Origin: Myxococcota bacterium
GTDB taxonomy: Bacteria; Myxococcota_A; UBA796; GCA-2862545
Reading direction: 5' to 3'
Assembly: GCA_039208735.1 (NCBI GenBank)
Contig: JBCCQY010000020.1
Span: 13,944-77,943 of the forward strand
DNA: 64,000 nt
Of this stretch, positions 1 through 9,972 are shown one piece after another. How positions within the stretch are numbered: the first letter of the stretch is position 1; each line of letters starts with the position of its first letter. The notes under the pieces are model-generated. The model saw only the letters and a program-made list of their open reading frames with translations. It did no database searches and had not been told where the DNA came from. The translations under genes and the position numbers were made by a program.

Positions 1-141
1 GCTGGCATTCGACGAGGTCGCCGACGGATCATTGTGGGCCCGGGAGCATCGCGCCTTGCGATGCTGCAGCAGTTCTTTCCGGTTGGCTACCTCGACACCG
101 TTCTTCGGACGTGGCGCGGAAGATTTACCGCCACCTCTTGA
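1..141 (+). CDS. 3' end of a probable short-chain dehydrogenase/reductase (partial, runs off window)
   Basis: Frame 1 reads AGIRRGRRRIIVGPGASRLAMLQQFFPVGYLDTVLRTWRGRFTATS*, resembling the C-terminal tail of classical SDRs; not in the ORF track. Confidence 0.5.
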   Translation, partial: AGIRRGRRRIIVGPGASRLAMLQQFFPVGYLDTVLRTWRGRFTATS

Positions 142-166
142 CGTCGCGGTTCGGTGCCTCTACCAT
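138..166 (+). promoter_or_regulatory. sigma70-type promoter upstream of the 253..3057 gene
   Basis: TTGACG (138-143), 17-nt spacer, TACCAT (161-166); SD AAGGAGG at 241-247 precedes ATG 253. Confidence 0.55.
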
Positions 167-252
167 CGCAAAGCTTATCGATATATAGGTTTGGGTGTTT
201 ACCTCTTCGAGCTGCATGCGCTGGCTGGAGGAGCGTCCACAAGGAGGTTGCG

Positions 253-3057
253 ATGGATTCGTTGCGTACGACTCGTCGGCAAGGGGGTCAACCGATGACT
301 CTGACTGCGCTCACGGCACTGTTGGGCTGCCTGCTGGGGCCAGTGGGGGCGCAGGCCCAGACCTACCGCACGGACGTGGAGTTGGGGAATCCGGTTGAGG
401 TCACGGCCGGCGACGTGACCCTGCGGGTCGACGCGGGCTCCTGGGTGGGGTGGGCCACCTACGACATTCACTACTTTCGGGCCACCTGCACGGAGGGAAA
501 CCAGGACTGCTCGGATAAGGTGGATTGGTCGACGACCTACGGGCACTTCGAGCACGTGAGGACCGCCGCAAACGATGGCCTTGAACTCACCGAGCTTCGG
601 GTCTACTCGCCAGTCTACCGTCCACAGAACCGGTTCAATCGGTCCGTCGTCATGTGGTCCTCGGATTTGGACGCACGCAGAGATCGTCAGGCGGTAAAGA
701 ACAACCCCACCACGGGAGTGCTGACGCTGTCGTATCGGGGTGTATCGATCGAGGTACCGCTTACGGCGTACTCGATCCTCGATGAAGACAATCCGCTTCC
801 GGTCGCTTGGAATCAACCGGCGAACTTGAAGACGCTCTTCGGCGTGGGCTTCGGGGACCCGGGTTCCGATAGCTACCTGGGATTGACCGAATTCATCCAG
901 GGCGACTACCTGAATGACTTGACCTACCAGCAGGGCCAACTGCAGGCCATGAAGTCCGTGTCAGACCGATTGAAGGCCGAGATTATTGCTTGGCATCAGG
1001 GAAATCAAGAGCCCTACATCCTTCCCGAAAGCGTCTTTGACTACACCAAGCCGGCCACCGCCCGCCCCTCGTTCACCTCACGCTCGTTGTCGGGGCCGCG
1101 CCAACGGTGGAAACTCGTCCGTTGGACGGACGTGGATGCCGAATCGATGGCTCGGGCGCTTGAGACGCGTCCCGCCGACCCCTATGAGAACGTGCGCCAA
1201 GTGGGGGGACGCGGTCTCTTCCCCGACGCGAATGCGACCTACATTCGCTACAATTATGTCGCGCCGTTCGACTCGACCCTGATTATCAAGGGCCAGTTCC
1301 CACACGCGCGATTCATGAGTTTCGAGAATAGCCAGCCCCCCATTCCCTCGCAGCCCACGGGAACTGCGGGCTCCGGTGGACCGGAGGTGCCGATTACCGA
1401 CGCGGACATTTTGCCCGACCCTGGAAGCATCAACCCGTTTGTGGCGGGTGCAGACCGGACGGCCACCCAGCGCGACTACACCGTCGCGTTCCACCATCCG
1501 CTGACGATGATCACGGATGCCAGCGGTAATCTCGTGGATGATCCACGAAAGGGCATCGATCTGAACGAGCAAAACTGCCCGGGTTCGTTTCAGGAGAGCC
1601 GTCCGGCGTATCGGTGCCACGAGCCTGCCCTTTTCATGCCGGGGATTCCGCGGTCGAACGTGCGCATTGCAGGGAACATGCGTACGGGAGGTGGCATGAC
1701 GGATGGGGAGCTTCTTCCTGCTTAGTTGTGGCTCCGCTATTATGCGCCCGATGCACCTACTGGCGTCGTTAACTACGATCCCTACGGTGGCGTGGAGATT
1801 CCCATCGCCTACTTTGAGGCCACCTGGAACGGACAGACGTACCGTTGGGGGCTTGAGCTGGTTCGGGGGCCCGGTTCGGCCATCAATGCAGAGGATGACG
1901 GCGAACAACGGGACCGAATCGTGCGTTTTCTCTCGTCCCCGGTGTCACCCAACGATCCTCCTCTGACTGTGACGCCGGCTTCTGTTGGCGCGGGCAGTGC
2001 CGTTGGTTTCACGAAAGGCTTTCACATTCCGCGGGCGTTCGCGGTGGCGGCGGCGAAGGTTGCCGAAGCTCAGGGGGGCTTGCTCGCCTTGCTTCTGACC
2101 GACGAGAGCCTGCGAACCATCGACGCGAAGGCTTTCGGCAAGGGGTACGCGAAGCTCAACGGAAAGAAGAAGTTGGGGGGAAATGCGACCGGAGGGGTGT
2201 TGCCCGTGGCAGGGCCCGGAACGTACGAGTCGCACTCGACGGCCTCGAATTCGATCCACTACACGGGCCGTACAATGGCGGTGGAGCAAGGCTACGTGGT
2301 CGTCGTGACGGGTCGAGCCCCGACCACGCCGACGACCCTAGGCGGTGATGCGACCATGGGGGCGGGCACTGACATGCGCTACTGGTCGTTCACGCACTAC
2401 TGCACAGGCCCTGTGCTGGACGATGCCACCACCATCTTGCGGACGTCACCCTTCAGCGGGTTGAACTGTGGCTCGTTGCAAGACGAGCAAGTCACGACCG
2501 TGAGCCGAGGCGATGAGGAATGGTACGCCATCGTCTTGTCCCAGCCCGAGGATCGGCCGAGCCTGGCCACCAGGGGACGAGGATTCACCTGGCAAGATTG
2601 GGGCCCGACGCCCGTGCAGCCTACCGGCTTCCGATGGATGGCGATTGGCGAGCGCCCGGGCGTAGACCAGCCTGGTGAGGCGTGGGCGAATTACGGCACG
2701 CTCGGTGACACAGTGGCCAACAGTAGCGTGATTGTGCCAGACATTGAGAACCTTCCCTTCGTCACCTCATTTGGCGAGGGCAGCTGTGGCAATGATTGGC
2801 GGGAATTGTGCGCGAAAAGCGCCGATCCTTTGGCACCGCGTGGGTATCAGGACCTCGACACCAGCTGGAGCGCCCGCACGCGGACCGATGAAAATGATGC
2901 GTTCACCTTTATCGGCAAGAATGAGCGCACGGAGTCCGTAATGAAGGACTACCATCCCGAGTATCACTATCTGACGAAAGAGCAGTTTGATGCTTTATCG
3001 TCTGCGGAGCGTCGTCCATGGGACTTTGGTGGTGGACAGTATAAGACGGGGTGGTAA
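253..3057 (+). pseudogene. large secreted hypothetical protein (~930 aa) split by one in-frame TAG at 1723-1725
   Basis: Strong SD and ATG 253, signal peptide (LTALTALLGCLLGPVGAQA-QT). ORFs 154..1725 and 1726..3057 are in the same frame, separated only by TAG (GELLPA*LWLRYYAPD). No RBS in front of the second half. Confidence 0.7.
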
Positions 3058-3396
3058 CCAGCTTGCCGTCGCTGAGCGACGGCAAGCTGGCCCGCGTAGG
3101 CCTGCAGGCGCAGAGCGCCGAAGGCCAGCGGGTGTCCGTCCTTTGCACACCTTTGGTGCGGAGCGACGGCAAGCTGGCCCGCGTAGGCCTGCAGGCGCAG
3201 AGCGCCGAAGGCCAGCGGGTGTCCGTCCTTTGCACACCTTTGGTGCGGAGCGACGGCAAGCTGGCCCGCGTAGGTCTGCCGGCGCAGAGCGCCGAAGGCC
3301 AGCGGGTGTCCGTCCTTTGCACACCTTTGGTGCAGAGCGACGGCAAGCTGGCCCACGAGGTCTGCCGGCGCAGAGCGCCGGAGGCCAGCGGGTGTC
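3058..3396. repeat. intergenic array of 87-bp structured tandem repeats (~3.7 copies) headed by a perfect 16-bp inverted repeat; REP/BIME-like
   Basis: Units start at 3074, 3161, 3248, 3335 (GAGCGACGGCAAGCTGG...). CCAGCTTGCCGTCGCT-G-AGCGACGGCAAGCTGG spans 3058-3090. Confidence 0.9.
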
Positions 3397-3441
3397 TAAA
3401 CAAATCTGATCAAAACTAAAAATAAGGCATTTGGAGGACCC

Positions 3442-4326
3442 ATGGTTCGATGGTCGGTCCTAGGGACCCTGGTTGCGTGTGCTCCCCCTGACGCGGAAGA
3501 CGTGCCCGCCGAAATCGGCGAGGCTACCGAGTTTCTGTTTGCGCACTTGGATGATGAGGATCCGACGGCCATCCAGCGGGTCATTGCGGAAACCGTCCTG
3601 CCGTTTGTCCTCCAGAAGCTCGACGCCATTGACGATCCGTCCGATCCGATGGATCCCGGCTACTACACCGATCTGCAGCCCTTGCCTGAAGGGAGCTTGG
3701 GTGACCTGTCGATGCCCGAGGGCACGACCTCGGCGGATCAGCGCGTTCCCGTGGCTCGGGTTCGGAGAACCACGAACCGCGCGGCGGACTTTCGGGAGTT
3801 GGCGGCGGTTACGGACCGCACGTGCATTGAGTCCGAGACGACGCATTGGGCGGAGCGGTCGTTTCTGACGGACGCGGATTGCTATGCTCGAGGGGATTGC
3901 GATTGGCTGTCCGCCGTCCAGCCCACCTTGAAGGTCAACCCGTTGGCGTCCATTTGGTACGACCAACATCTCGAACAACGCGAGCTGCAAGTCGAGGTGG
4001 ATGGTGCATCATTCGATGCGACGTTGGCCCGTAGTTTTCTGACCGAGCGTTGGTTTTCGCGCAATGGAAACAACCAATGGGATCAGCTTTGGACGTTGGA
4101 CGTAACGGTCGACCGGCCTGACGGGGCCGTGACCTGGAACGCCTACTGGAGTGCGCTGCAAGTCACCTTGCTTAGCGATGCCATTTTGGCATCGAGCATT
4201 CGTGCAGGGATGGTCGAGGCGGGGGCGTGGGCGGATCATTTTGTCGAGCAAGGGGTCGCCCATCCTGACTGCCCTCATGAGCGAGGACAGCCGATGCCGG
4301 AACGGTGGTCCAATGAACCGGGGTAA
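3442..4326 (+). CDS. hypothetical lipoprotein
   Basis: GGAGG SD, lipobox-like LVAC, 294-aa acidic ORF with paired Cys. Confidence 0.8.
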   Translation: MVRWSVLGTLVACAPPDAEDVPAEIGEATEFLFAHLDDEDPTAIQRVIAETVLPFVLQKLDAIDDPSDPMDPGYYTDLQPLPEGSLGDLSMPEGTTSADQRVPVARVRRTTNRAADFRELAAVTDRTCIESETTHWAERSFLTDADCYARGDCDWLSAVQPTLKVNPLASIWYDQHLEQRELQVEVDGASFDATLARSFLTERWFSRNGNNQWDQLWTLDVTVDRPDGAVTWNAYWSALQVTLLSDAILASSIRAGMVEAGAWADHFVEQGVAHPDCPHERGQPMPERWSNEPG

Positions 4327-4391
4327 CGGCAGGCTTCGTAGCCTCATCGTGGAGCAGGGGCCCGGTCAGGACCTTCGAGAGGACGATGTCG

Positions 4392-5360
4392 TTAAGGCCT
4401 TGACCGGAGCCACGTGATGGTGTCCCGCAACGTGGTGTCCCCATCGGGCGGGCTCCACCCTAGGCGATCGGCGAAGCGCGTCCGAAGACCCCACCAGTGG
4501 CGTCCCATTTCAACGAGCACGGGATCGGGAATCCCGATGGGCAGCGCCAATCGGCGCTGGACCCGGGCGGCGGTGTGCACGACACGCCAGGGCAAGACCC
4601 ATTGGGGGGCTCGAACCCCGCCGATGCGAGCGATGCGATCGGCGAACTCCCGAAGCGAACAGGCCGTCCCCGGGAGGTGAACGACCGGGGGTGGAGCGGG
4701 GTCTGAGGCCAGGGTGACGAGGGCCTCCGCTGCCGCCCGGACGTCGACCCAGTGCACGCCACCTTCCACCAGGGCCGGAAGTCGTCCGTCCAAGATTCGG
4801 GTCACGTGGCGAGCGGAGCGGCCCGTCGGATCGTCGGGCCCCAGCAGAATCGGGGGTCGAACGATGATCAAGGGCACGCCAAGCTCGTCGGCCCGAGCGC
4901 GCGCCTGCCGTTCGGCCCTCACCTTCGACGCATAGTAGGGCCAATGCTGGACGCGGTGCCAGACGTAGGGGCTTTGTTCATCCGCCCAACCGTCGGGGTC
5001 GTCGAACACCCCGACCGTGCCCGAGGTGCTCACGAACACGACCCGCGCTCCGAGACGCGCCGCAAGTTCGACGATGGCTACCGTGCCGTCGACGTTCACG
5101 CGGTGGGTTTCCTGGGCCTGGCCTCGGGAATGGTCGACCTTGGCGGCAAGATGCAGGATGGTGTCCACGCCATCGAGCTTGGGATGCCCGGCCCAGGCTT
5201 GTGGACGCTCGATCGCGCCCGGAATCTGAAACACGCCGTCTACAGGTTCCGGACGACGGCACAATCCCACGAGCTGGGTGTCCGGAACGCGTCGTTGCAA
5301 CGCCCGGACCGTGTGTCGACCAAGCAATCCGGTGACGCCGGTGATCAACACTCGGTTCAT
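4392..5360 (-). CDS. NAD-dependent epimerase/dehydratase family (extended SDR)
   Basis: MNRVLITGVTGLLG Rossmann motif, HLAA, VSTSG, YYASK catalytic motif; ATG 5360 overlaps the upstream stop (ATGA). Confidence 0.88.
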   Translation of the reverse strand: MNRVLITGVTGLLGRHTVRALQRRVPDTQLVGLCRRPEPVDGVFQIPGAIERPQAWAGHPKLDGVDTILHLAAKVDHSRGQAQETHRVNVDGTVAIVELAARLGARVVFVSTSGTVGVFDDPDGWADEQSPYVWHRVQHWPYYASKVRAERQARARADELGVPLIIVRPPILLGPDDPTGRSARHVTRILDGRLPALVEGGVHWVDVRAAAEALVTLASDPAPPPVVHLPGTACSLREFADRIARIGGVRAPQWVLPWRVVHTAARVQRRLALPIGIPDPVLVEMGRHWWGLRTRFADRLGWSPPDGDTTLRDTITWLRSRP

Positions 5361-7900
5361 TTGGCGGCATCTTCCGGAGAGAACATCGATACGCTCGCTC
5401 GATCCGCCTTGGGATGAAGGACCCCGTCGCGTTGCTCGAGATTGCCACGGGCGATCATCCAATCGATGGCGGCGTTGACTTCGTCGGGCCAAGCATTGCT
5501 GGCGAGCCGCACCACGTTTTGGCGTTCGATGGGTCCCTGCATGACGATGGCTTCGGTCTGGCTCCAGTCGTCGACCACGGAGCGTGCGAGGGCTCGTGCG
5601 GCTTCGCGCATGGTGGGATCGACATCGATGGGAGCGTTGGTGGACGCACTGAACGACGTGCGACGTAGATGATCCGCAATGGCCGGATGAGAGTCCGCCA
5701 TCGCAGCAAGTTCACGCGCCGCGTGGTGCTGCCAATGGGGCCGCATCCAGCGCTCCTCGGCGTCGCTGACGGTCGCGGTGGTGGAGGATTCCAGCACATG
5801 CGCGCCGCGGGCTTCGAGACTTCGGCGAAGCGCCGCCGCAGAGACCCCTGACCGCTTCTCGAACGCGTCGAGGTGGTAGGTCGTGGTGACCATAGCTTGT
5901 TGCTGGCGTTCTTGGGTTTGGGCCACGACCTCGGCCACGTCCGACTCGACGTCGAGTCGCAGTGGCTCCCCGGCGGCAAGGTGCATGCGGCCTAGATCGA
6001 CGTCGCCGCGGTAGGCCTTTTTGAGCCAGCCGCCCAACCCCTGCAGCGTCATGGCTTCCTTGTCTCCACCACGCAATTCCTGTAGCAGCGGTCCCGCGTC
6101 GGGAATGCGGTCGTACGAAAGGGCAAGCGGCAGCACCATGAACGGCTCCCGCGTGGCCTGGAGGCTTCGCAAGACCCCACGACGAGCCTTTAGGAAAGCC
6201 CCACTGCGGCTGCGTTGTCCTTCGATGAAGACCTGAATGACCGGGTTGCGGGCCACCTGCTCGGCAATCATCCGGGTGAGGTTGGCGTCGGCCGCACCCT
6301 GACCGCGGTGGAGATAGAACGCCCCCATGTTGGCAAACGCCGTTCCCAAAATGGGAATGCGGGAGAATGCAGCCGCCGCTGCGATGGCGGGCAGCGGCAG
6401 ATGGACTTCGGGCAGCGCGTGCAAGGCGTAGCTGATGAGGAGAAAGTCGACGTAGCTTCTATGATTGGGGCAAATCAGGATGTTGCTTTCGGGCGGAATG
6501 GCTTCGATCGCGGCTTCAAGGCTGTCCACATCGACGGTGGCTTGTTCCACGCATTGACGTGCCGTCGTCCGCAGGAGCAGCCCGAATCCCCGTTGCAGTG
6601 TCGATGCAGCCCCAGGACGCAGGGCCCATCGGGCGTCGGACCCCGAGCTGCGGCGTCCGGCAATCGGAACGGCACGGCTGTTTCCCCGCAGGAGGTGTTC
6701 GTGAACCCCTGCCGCCACTTGATCGAGGTAGACCTGTCGGTCGAAGTCGGGAGGCAGCACACCGCCCTCGAAGTGCCACGACTCCGACATGAAGGTCCGG
6801 AAGGTCTCGTCGAGGCCCCGAACGCGTTGCCGAGCCCGCATCGCTCGCCTTGCCCGGCCCGATTGACCTGACAACCGGGCAAGCCCCTCCTCGTAGTAGA
6901 GCGGCGCTTGCTGGAAGATGTGTCGAACGACGCCGCGTGACAGGCCCGCAGGGAGTGCGACGAGCTTCGGGGTGGAGCGAACGGGCCGGTTGCGAAGACG
7001 ACGAATCGTCCACTGCTGGTGTTCTTCGATGCTTGGGCTGTTGGCCGGGCCCGCGACCACCTGAACGATGCGATCGGGCGTATCGAGCGCGGCCACGACC
7101 TGTTCCGCCACGATGTCGACCGGGATCAGATCGAGCCTCGTGGCTGGGGAACCCTCGAGCACCCGGTACAGGCCCGCACCGATCGCCGCGACCATTCCAG
7201 CGTGGGCGGCCGCGCTGTCGACCCAACCAGGGATGGGCCAGCGCCACGCCACACTCACGATGCTGGGACGGACGAGCACCAGCGCGGCATGTTGCTGCCG
7301 CTCGTCCAACCGATGTTCCGCCAGGCACTTCGTGAGGGTGTAGGAGTTTGGATGCCCGGTCTTTGCCGATGCGGCTTTCGCGTCGACGCGCGCTTCCTCA
7401 CAGAGCGCCTTGGCGGAAGCGGGAAGCGCCACCAACTCTGGTCCATGCCGTTCCGTCAGCGGCGGGTGGACGTAGGCGGTCGACACACTGACGAGCCGTT
7501 CCGCGCGTGCCGCCTCTGCGAGATCTTGAACCCGCAAGGCACCGTCGACGTTGATGGCCATCGCTTGGTCGCCCGGGAGGTCGAAGCGCACCGAGGCCGC
7601 GAGGTGAACCACATGCGTGACGTCTCGCTCAAGGGCTCGTCGAAGGTCAGGCGGAATGGCGAGGTCCGAGGCGCGCAAGTCTCCAGGGACGGCGTGCACA
7701 CGTTCGCGACGCTCTCGGGGGAGATCTCGAAGGGGCAACGTGCGAAGCAGCCGCTCGATGCGCGACTGGGCCCGCGCTGGCTGGTCGGCGGGCCGGACGA
7801 GGGCGTACACCCGACTTACCGAGTCATCTTCAAGCAGCCTACGGAGCACCAGCTTGCCGATGAAGCCGGTGGCTCCGGTCAAAAACACGACGCGTTTCAT
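5357..7900 (-). CDS. fatty acyl-CoA reductase (male-sterility type) fused to a glycerol-3-phosphate/DHAP acyltransferase (FARAT-like)
   Basis: N half: TGATGFIG, HLAASVRFD, VSTAYV, HPNSYTLTK, RPSIV, PIPGWVD, DLIPVD. C half: PNHRSYVDFLL (HxxxxD), GAFYLHR, FIEGQRSRSG, LSYDRI. Confidence 0.88.
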   Translation of the reverse strand: MKRVVFLTGATGFIGKLVLRRLLEDDSVSRVYALVRPADQPARAQSRIERLLRTLPLRDLPRERRERVHAVPGDLRASDLAIPPDLRRALERDVTHVVHLAASVRFDLPGDQAMAINVDGALRVQDLAEAARAERLVSVSTAYVHPPLTERHGPELVALPASAKALCEEARVDAKAASAKTGHPNSYTLTKCLAEHRLDERQQHAALVLVRPSIVSVAWRWPIPGWVDSAAAHAGMVAAIGAGLYRVLEGSPATRLDLIPVDIVAEQVVAALDTPDRIVQVVAGPANSPSIEEHQQWTIRRLRNRPVRSTPKLVALPAGLSRGVVRHIFQQAPLYYEEGLARLSGQSGRARRAMRARQRVRGLDETFRTFMSESWHFEGGVLPPDFDRQVYLDQVAAGVHEHLLRGNSRAVPIAGRRSSGSDARWALRPGAASTLQRGFGLLLRTTARQCVEQATVDVDSLEAAIEAIPPESNILICPNHRSYVDFLLISYALHALPEVHLPLPAIAAAAAFSRIPILGTAFANMGAFYLHRGQGAADANLTRMIAEQVARNPVIQVFIEGQRSRSGAFLKARRGVLRSLQATREPFMVLPLALSYDRIPDAGPLLQELRGGDKEAMTLQGLGGWLKKAYRGDVDLGRMHLAAGEPLRLDVESDVAEVVAQTQERQQQAMVTTTYHLDAFEKRSGVSAAALRRSLEARGAHVLESSTTATVSDAEERWMRPHWQHHAARELAAMADSHPAIADHLRRTSFSASTNAPIDVDPTMREAARALARSVVDDWSQTEAIVMQGPIERQNVVRLASNAWPDEVNAAIDWMIARGNLEQRDGVLHPKADRASVSMFSPEDAAK

Positions 7901-9795
7901 GAGCGCTCACTCAACCCTTGGTTTCCAACACCGAAGATGTCGTGTGGGTCGACAGCCTGCTTCAATTTGCGGCGCAGGGTCGTGCGCCCGTCGTCCTCTG
8001 CGCGATGGAGCCACGGGGTCCGCGTCTGACCGATTCCATGATGGTGGGAAACCGCGGCTCCATGGGTCAGCATGGCTTCTCGCGCGGCCCCTTCGAGGGC
8101 ATGCCAGGCGGCGGACGGATCCTCGACCTGCTTGTAGACGAAGCCCACGTAGAAGTACGTGCACACGCCTTCTGGGTAGATTTGGGAGATTCGCGAGGTC
8201 ACGAAAGGGCGCCCCGGGAGCCCCAGTTCGGCATGCCGATCGCGAATGGCCTGCTTGACGGCGGCGATCATGGGCATCGCGTTGCGCCAGCTCACCGAGG
8301 TTTCGAACGACTCGCCCCACACCCAGTGCTCGAGCATGTAGTCGCGGATGTAGGCGATGGCGAAGGTCAGTCGATAGCCATCGGCCCCTCGGCTGCTACC
8401 TCCGTCGATGCCGCCAAACTGTTCGGCGATCGCTCGGACCGTCTTTTGCTGACGTTCAACCAGTTCTTGCGAACCCTCGTAGACCACCGTTGCGGCGGAC
8501 ACCTCGGAAAGGTCGAAGCCGTGCCACCGCTGCAGGACTTGTTGTTGGAGCCACTTGAGGGGAAGGTCGCGTCGCCGAGGGGCCGGTTTTAGGGCCTGGG
8601 CGAAGGCCAGCTGGTCGTTGTCGACAAGGCGAACGCTCGCCGGAACATCGCCGTGTTGCGTCAAGGCGTACAGAAAGCCAACCCCGGCCGCGAAGTCAGG
8701 GAACGCGATGGATCCGTAGCGCTGGACCTCCGGCAATCGGTGCAACCGGACCTTCGCCTCGGTGATCACGCCCAACGTGCCTTCAGAGCCGAACCAGAGG
8801 GTCTCGGGGTCGATCCCATGCGACGTTCGGGGTACCCCGGTGAAGGCGCCGACCTCGCCCGCTGCAGTCACGCCATCGGCTTGGAGCACGACCTGCTCGA
8901 TGTTGCCGTAACGATTGCGCTTCATGCCACTCGCCCGCGTCGCGACCCAACCGCCCAGCGTCGAGAACTCGATGCTGTCGGGCTCGTGGCCTAGCGTAAA
9001 GCCGTGTTCGGCGAGCTGTTCGGCGATGACGCGTCCCACCGCTCCCGCTTGGATGCAGGCCACCGCGTCGACCGGATCGATCCATCGAACCCGGCTCATC
9101 CGTGCAAGATCGATCGAGATGATGATCCGAGACTCGACGTCGTGGCACTGCAACGCACCGGTCACGCTCGTTCCCCCGCCGAAGGGGATGCACGTGGCTT
9201 CGTGGTGGGCGGCCGTGCGAACGATCGCGGCGACCTCCTCCGTCGACTCGGGCATCACCACGATGTCGGGGGCTCGGGCCAGTCGACCGTAGTTGACGGT
9301 GTAGATCTCGGATGCCGTGTGGCCGTGACCATGTCGGACGCGGGTTGGGCCATCCGTGAACATCCGGTCGCCTACGATCTGCTCAAGAGCTCGTTCTAGC
9401 GCCGGATCCGACCGACGCTCTGGAGCGTGAGGCTCGGCAAGGGGGACGTGGCGGTCTTCGGCGGACAGCTCGAAGCCAAGCACGTCGCGAGCAAACTTGG
9501 TCAGGGCGGGCAGCGCCACCCCACACAGCGGATACCGATTGCCTTGCAGACGCGGGGCGCCAGAACGATCCCAGACGAACCGCGTGTCGTCGAAACCCCA
9601 ACGCCGGGCCGCGGGGGCATCCGCACGAGGAATCGCGGTGGGCGGCGGGTAGATCCGGTGGGCGCCAAGGGTCTCGGCCACGGTGGAGGTGAATGTGCGT
9701 CCGAGCCACTGCCGAAAGCGGCTTCGAAAAGAGGGTTTCGTTGGTGTGGGACGGACCACGGGGCCTCCGAGAGCCAGGTCGATCGACCAAATCAC
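7897..9795 (-). CDS. agpS: alkyldihydroxyacetonephosphate synthase (FAD-linked oxidase family)
   Basis: HGHGH, IPFGGGTSVTGAL, GHEPDSIEFSTLGGWVATRASGMKRNRYGNIE, GSEGTLGVIT, SHHHGIG motifs typical of AGPS. Start uncertain (GTG 9795, or GTG 9759 after GGAGG). Confidence 0.88.
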   Translation of the reverse strand: MIWSIDLALGGPVVRPTPTKPSFRSRFRQWLGRTFTSTVAETLGAHRIYPPPTAIPRADAPAARRWGFDDTRFVWDRSGAPRLQGNRYPLCGVALPALTKFARDVLGFELSAEDRHVPLAEPHAPERRSDPALERALEQIVGDRMFTDGPTRVRHGHGHTASEIYTVNYGRLARAPDIVVMPESTEEVAAIVRTAAHHEATCIPFGGGTSVTGALQCHDVESRIIISIDLARMSRVRWIDPVDAVACIQAGAVGRVIAEQLAEHGFTLGHEPDSIEFSTLGGWVATRASGMKRNRYGNIEQVVLQADGVTAAGEVGAFTGVPRTSHGIDPETLWFGSEGTLGVITEAKVRLHRLPEVQRYGSIAFPDFAAGVGFLYALTQHGDVPASVRLVDNDQLAFAQALKPAPRRRDLPLKWLQQQVLQRWHGFDLSEVSAATVVYEGSQELVERQQKTVRAIAEQFGGIDGGSSRGADGYRLTFAIAYIRDYMLEHWVWGESFETSVSWRNAMPMIAAVKQAIRDRHAELGLPGRPFVTSRISQIYPEGVCTYFYVGFVYKQVEDPSAAWHALEGAAREAMLTHGAAVSHHHGIGQTRTPWLHRAEDDGRTTLRRKLKQAVDPHDIFGVGNQGLSERS

Positions 9796-9972
9796 GAGGG
9801 ACCGTCATTACACGGCCAACGATGGGTTGTGCGAGCAACGAACGGGCGCACCACCGAAGATGCACCGATAAGGTGGACTTGTGGGAAAAAAAGAGAATCC
9901 GCCGCGGTCGTTCTAAATCGACATCAAAGTGCACCGCATGTCGGGCCAAGGACACTGGCCGATCGTCGAGCG

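Noticed and set aside
1723..1725. Genome-wide TAG reassignment or pyrrolysine
   Set aside because: TAG ends many clear genes here (e.g. 11883, 35503, 53526) and no pyl genes are visible.
3074..3396. CRISPR array
   Set aside because: Whole 87-bp units are near identical, so there are no unique spacers, and no cas genes are in the window.
2909..3419. Repeat-peptide ORFs over the 87-bp array (possible RiPP precursor)
   Set aside because: The unit is a multiple of 3 and is open in most frames; none has an RBS and no modifying enzymes are adjacent.
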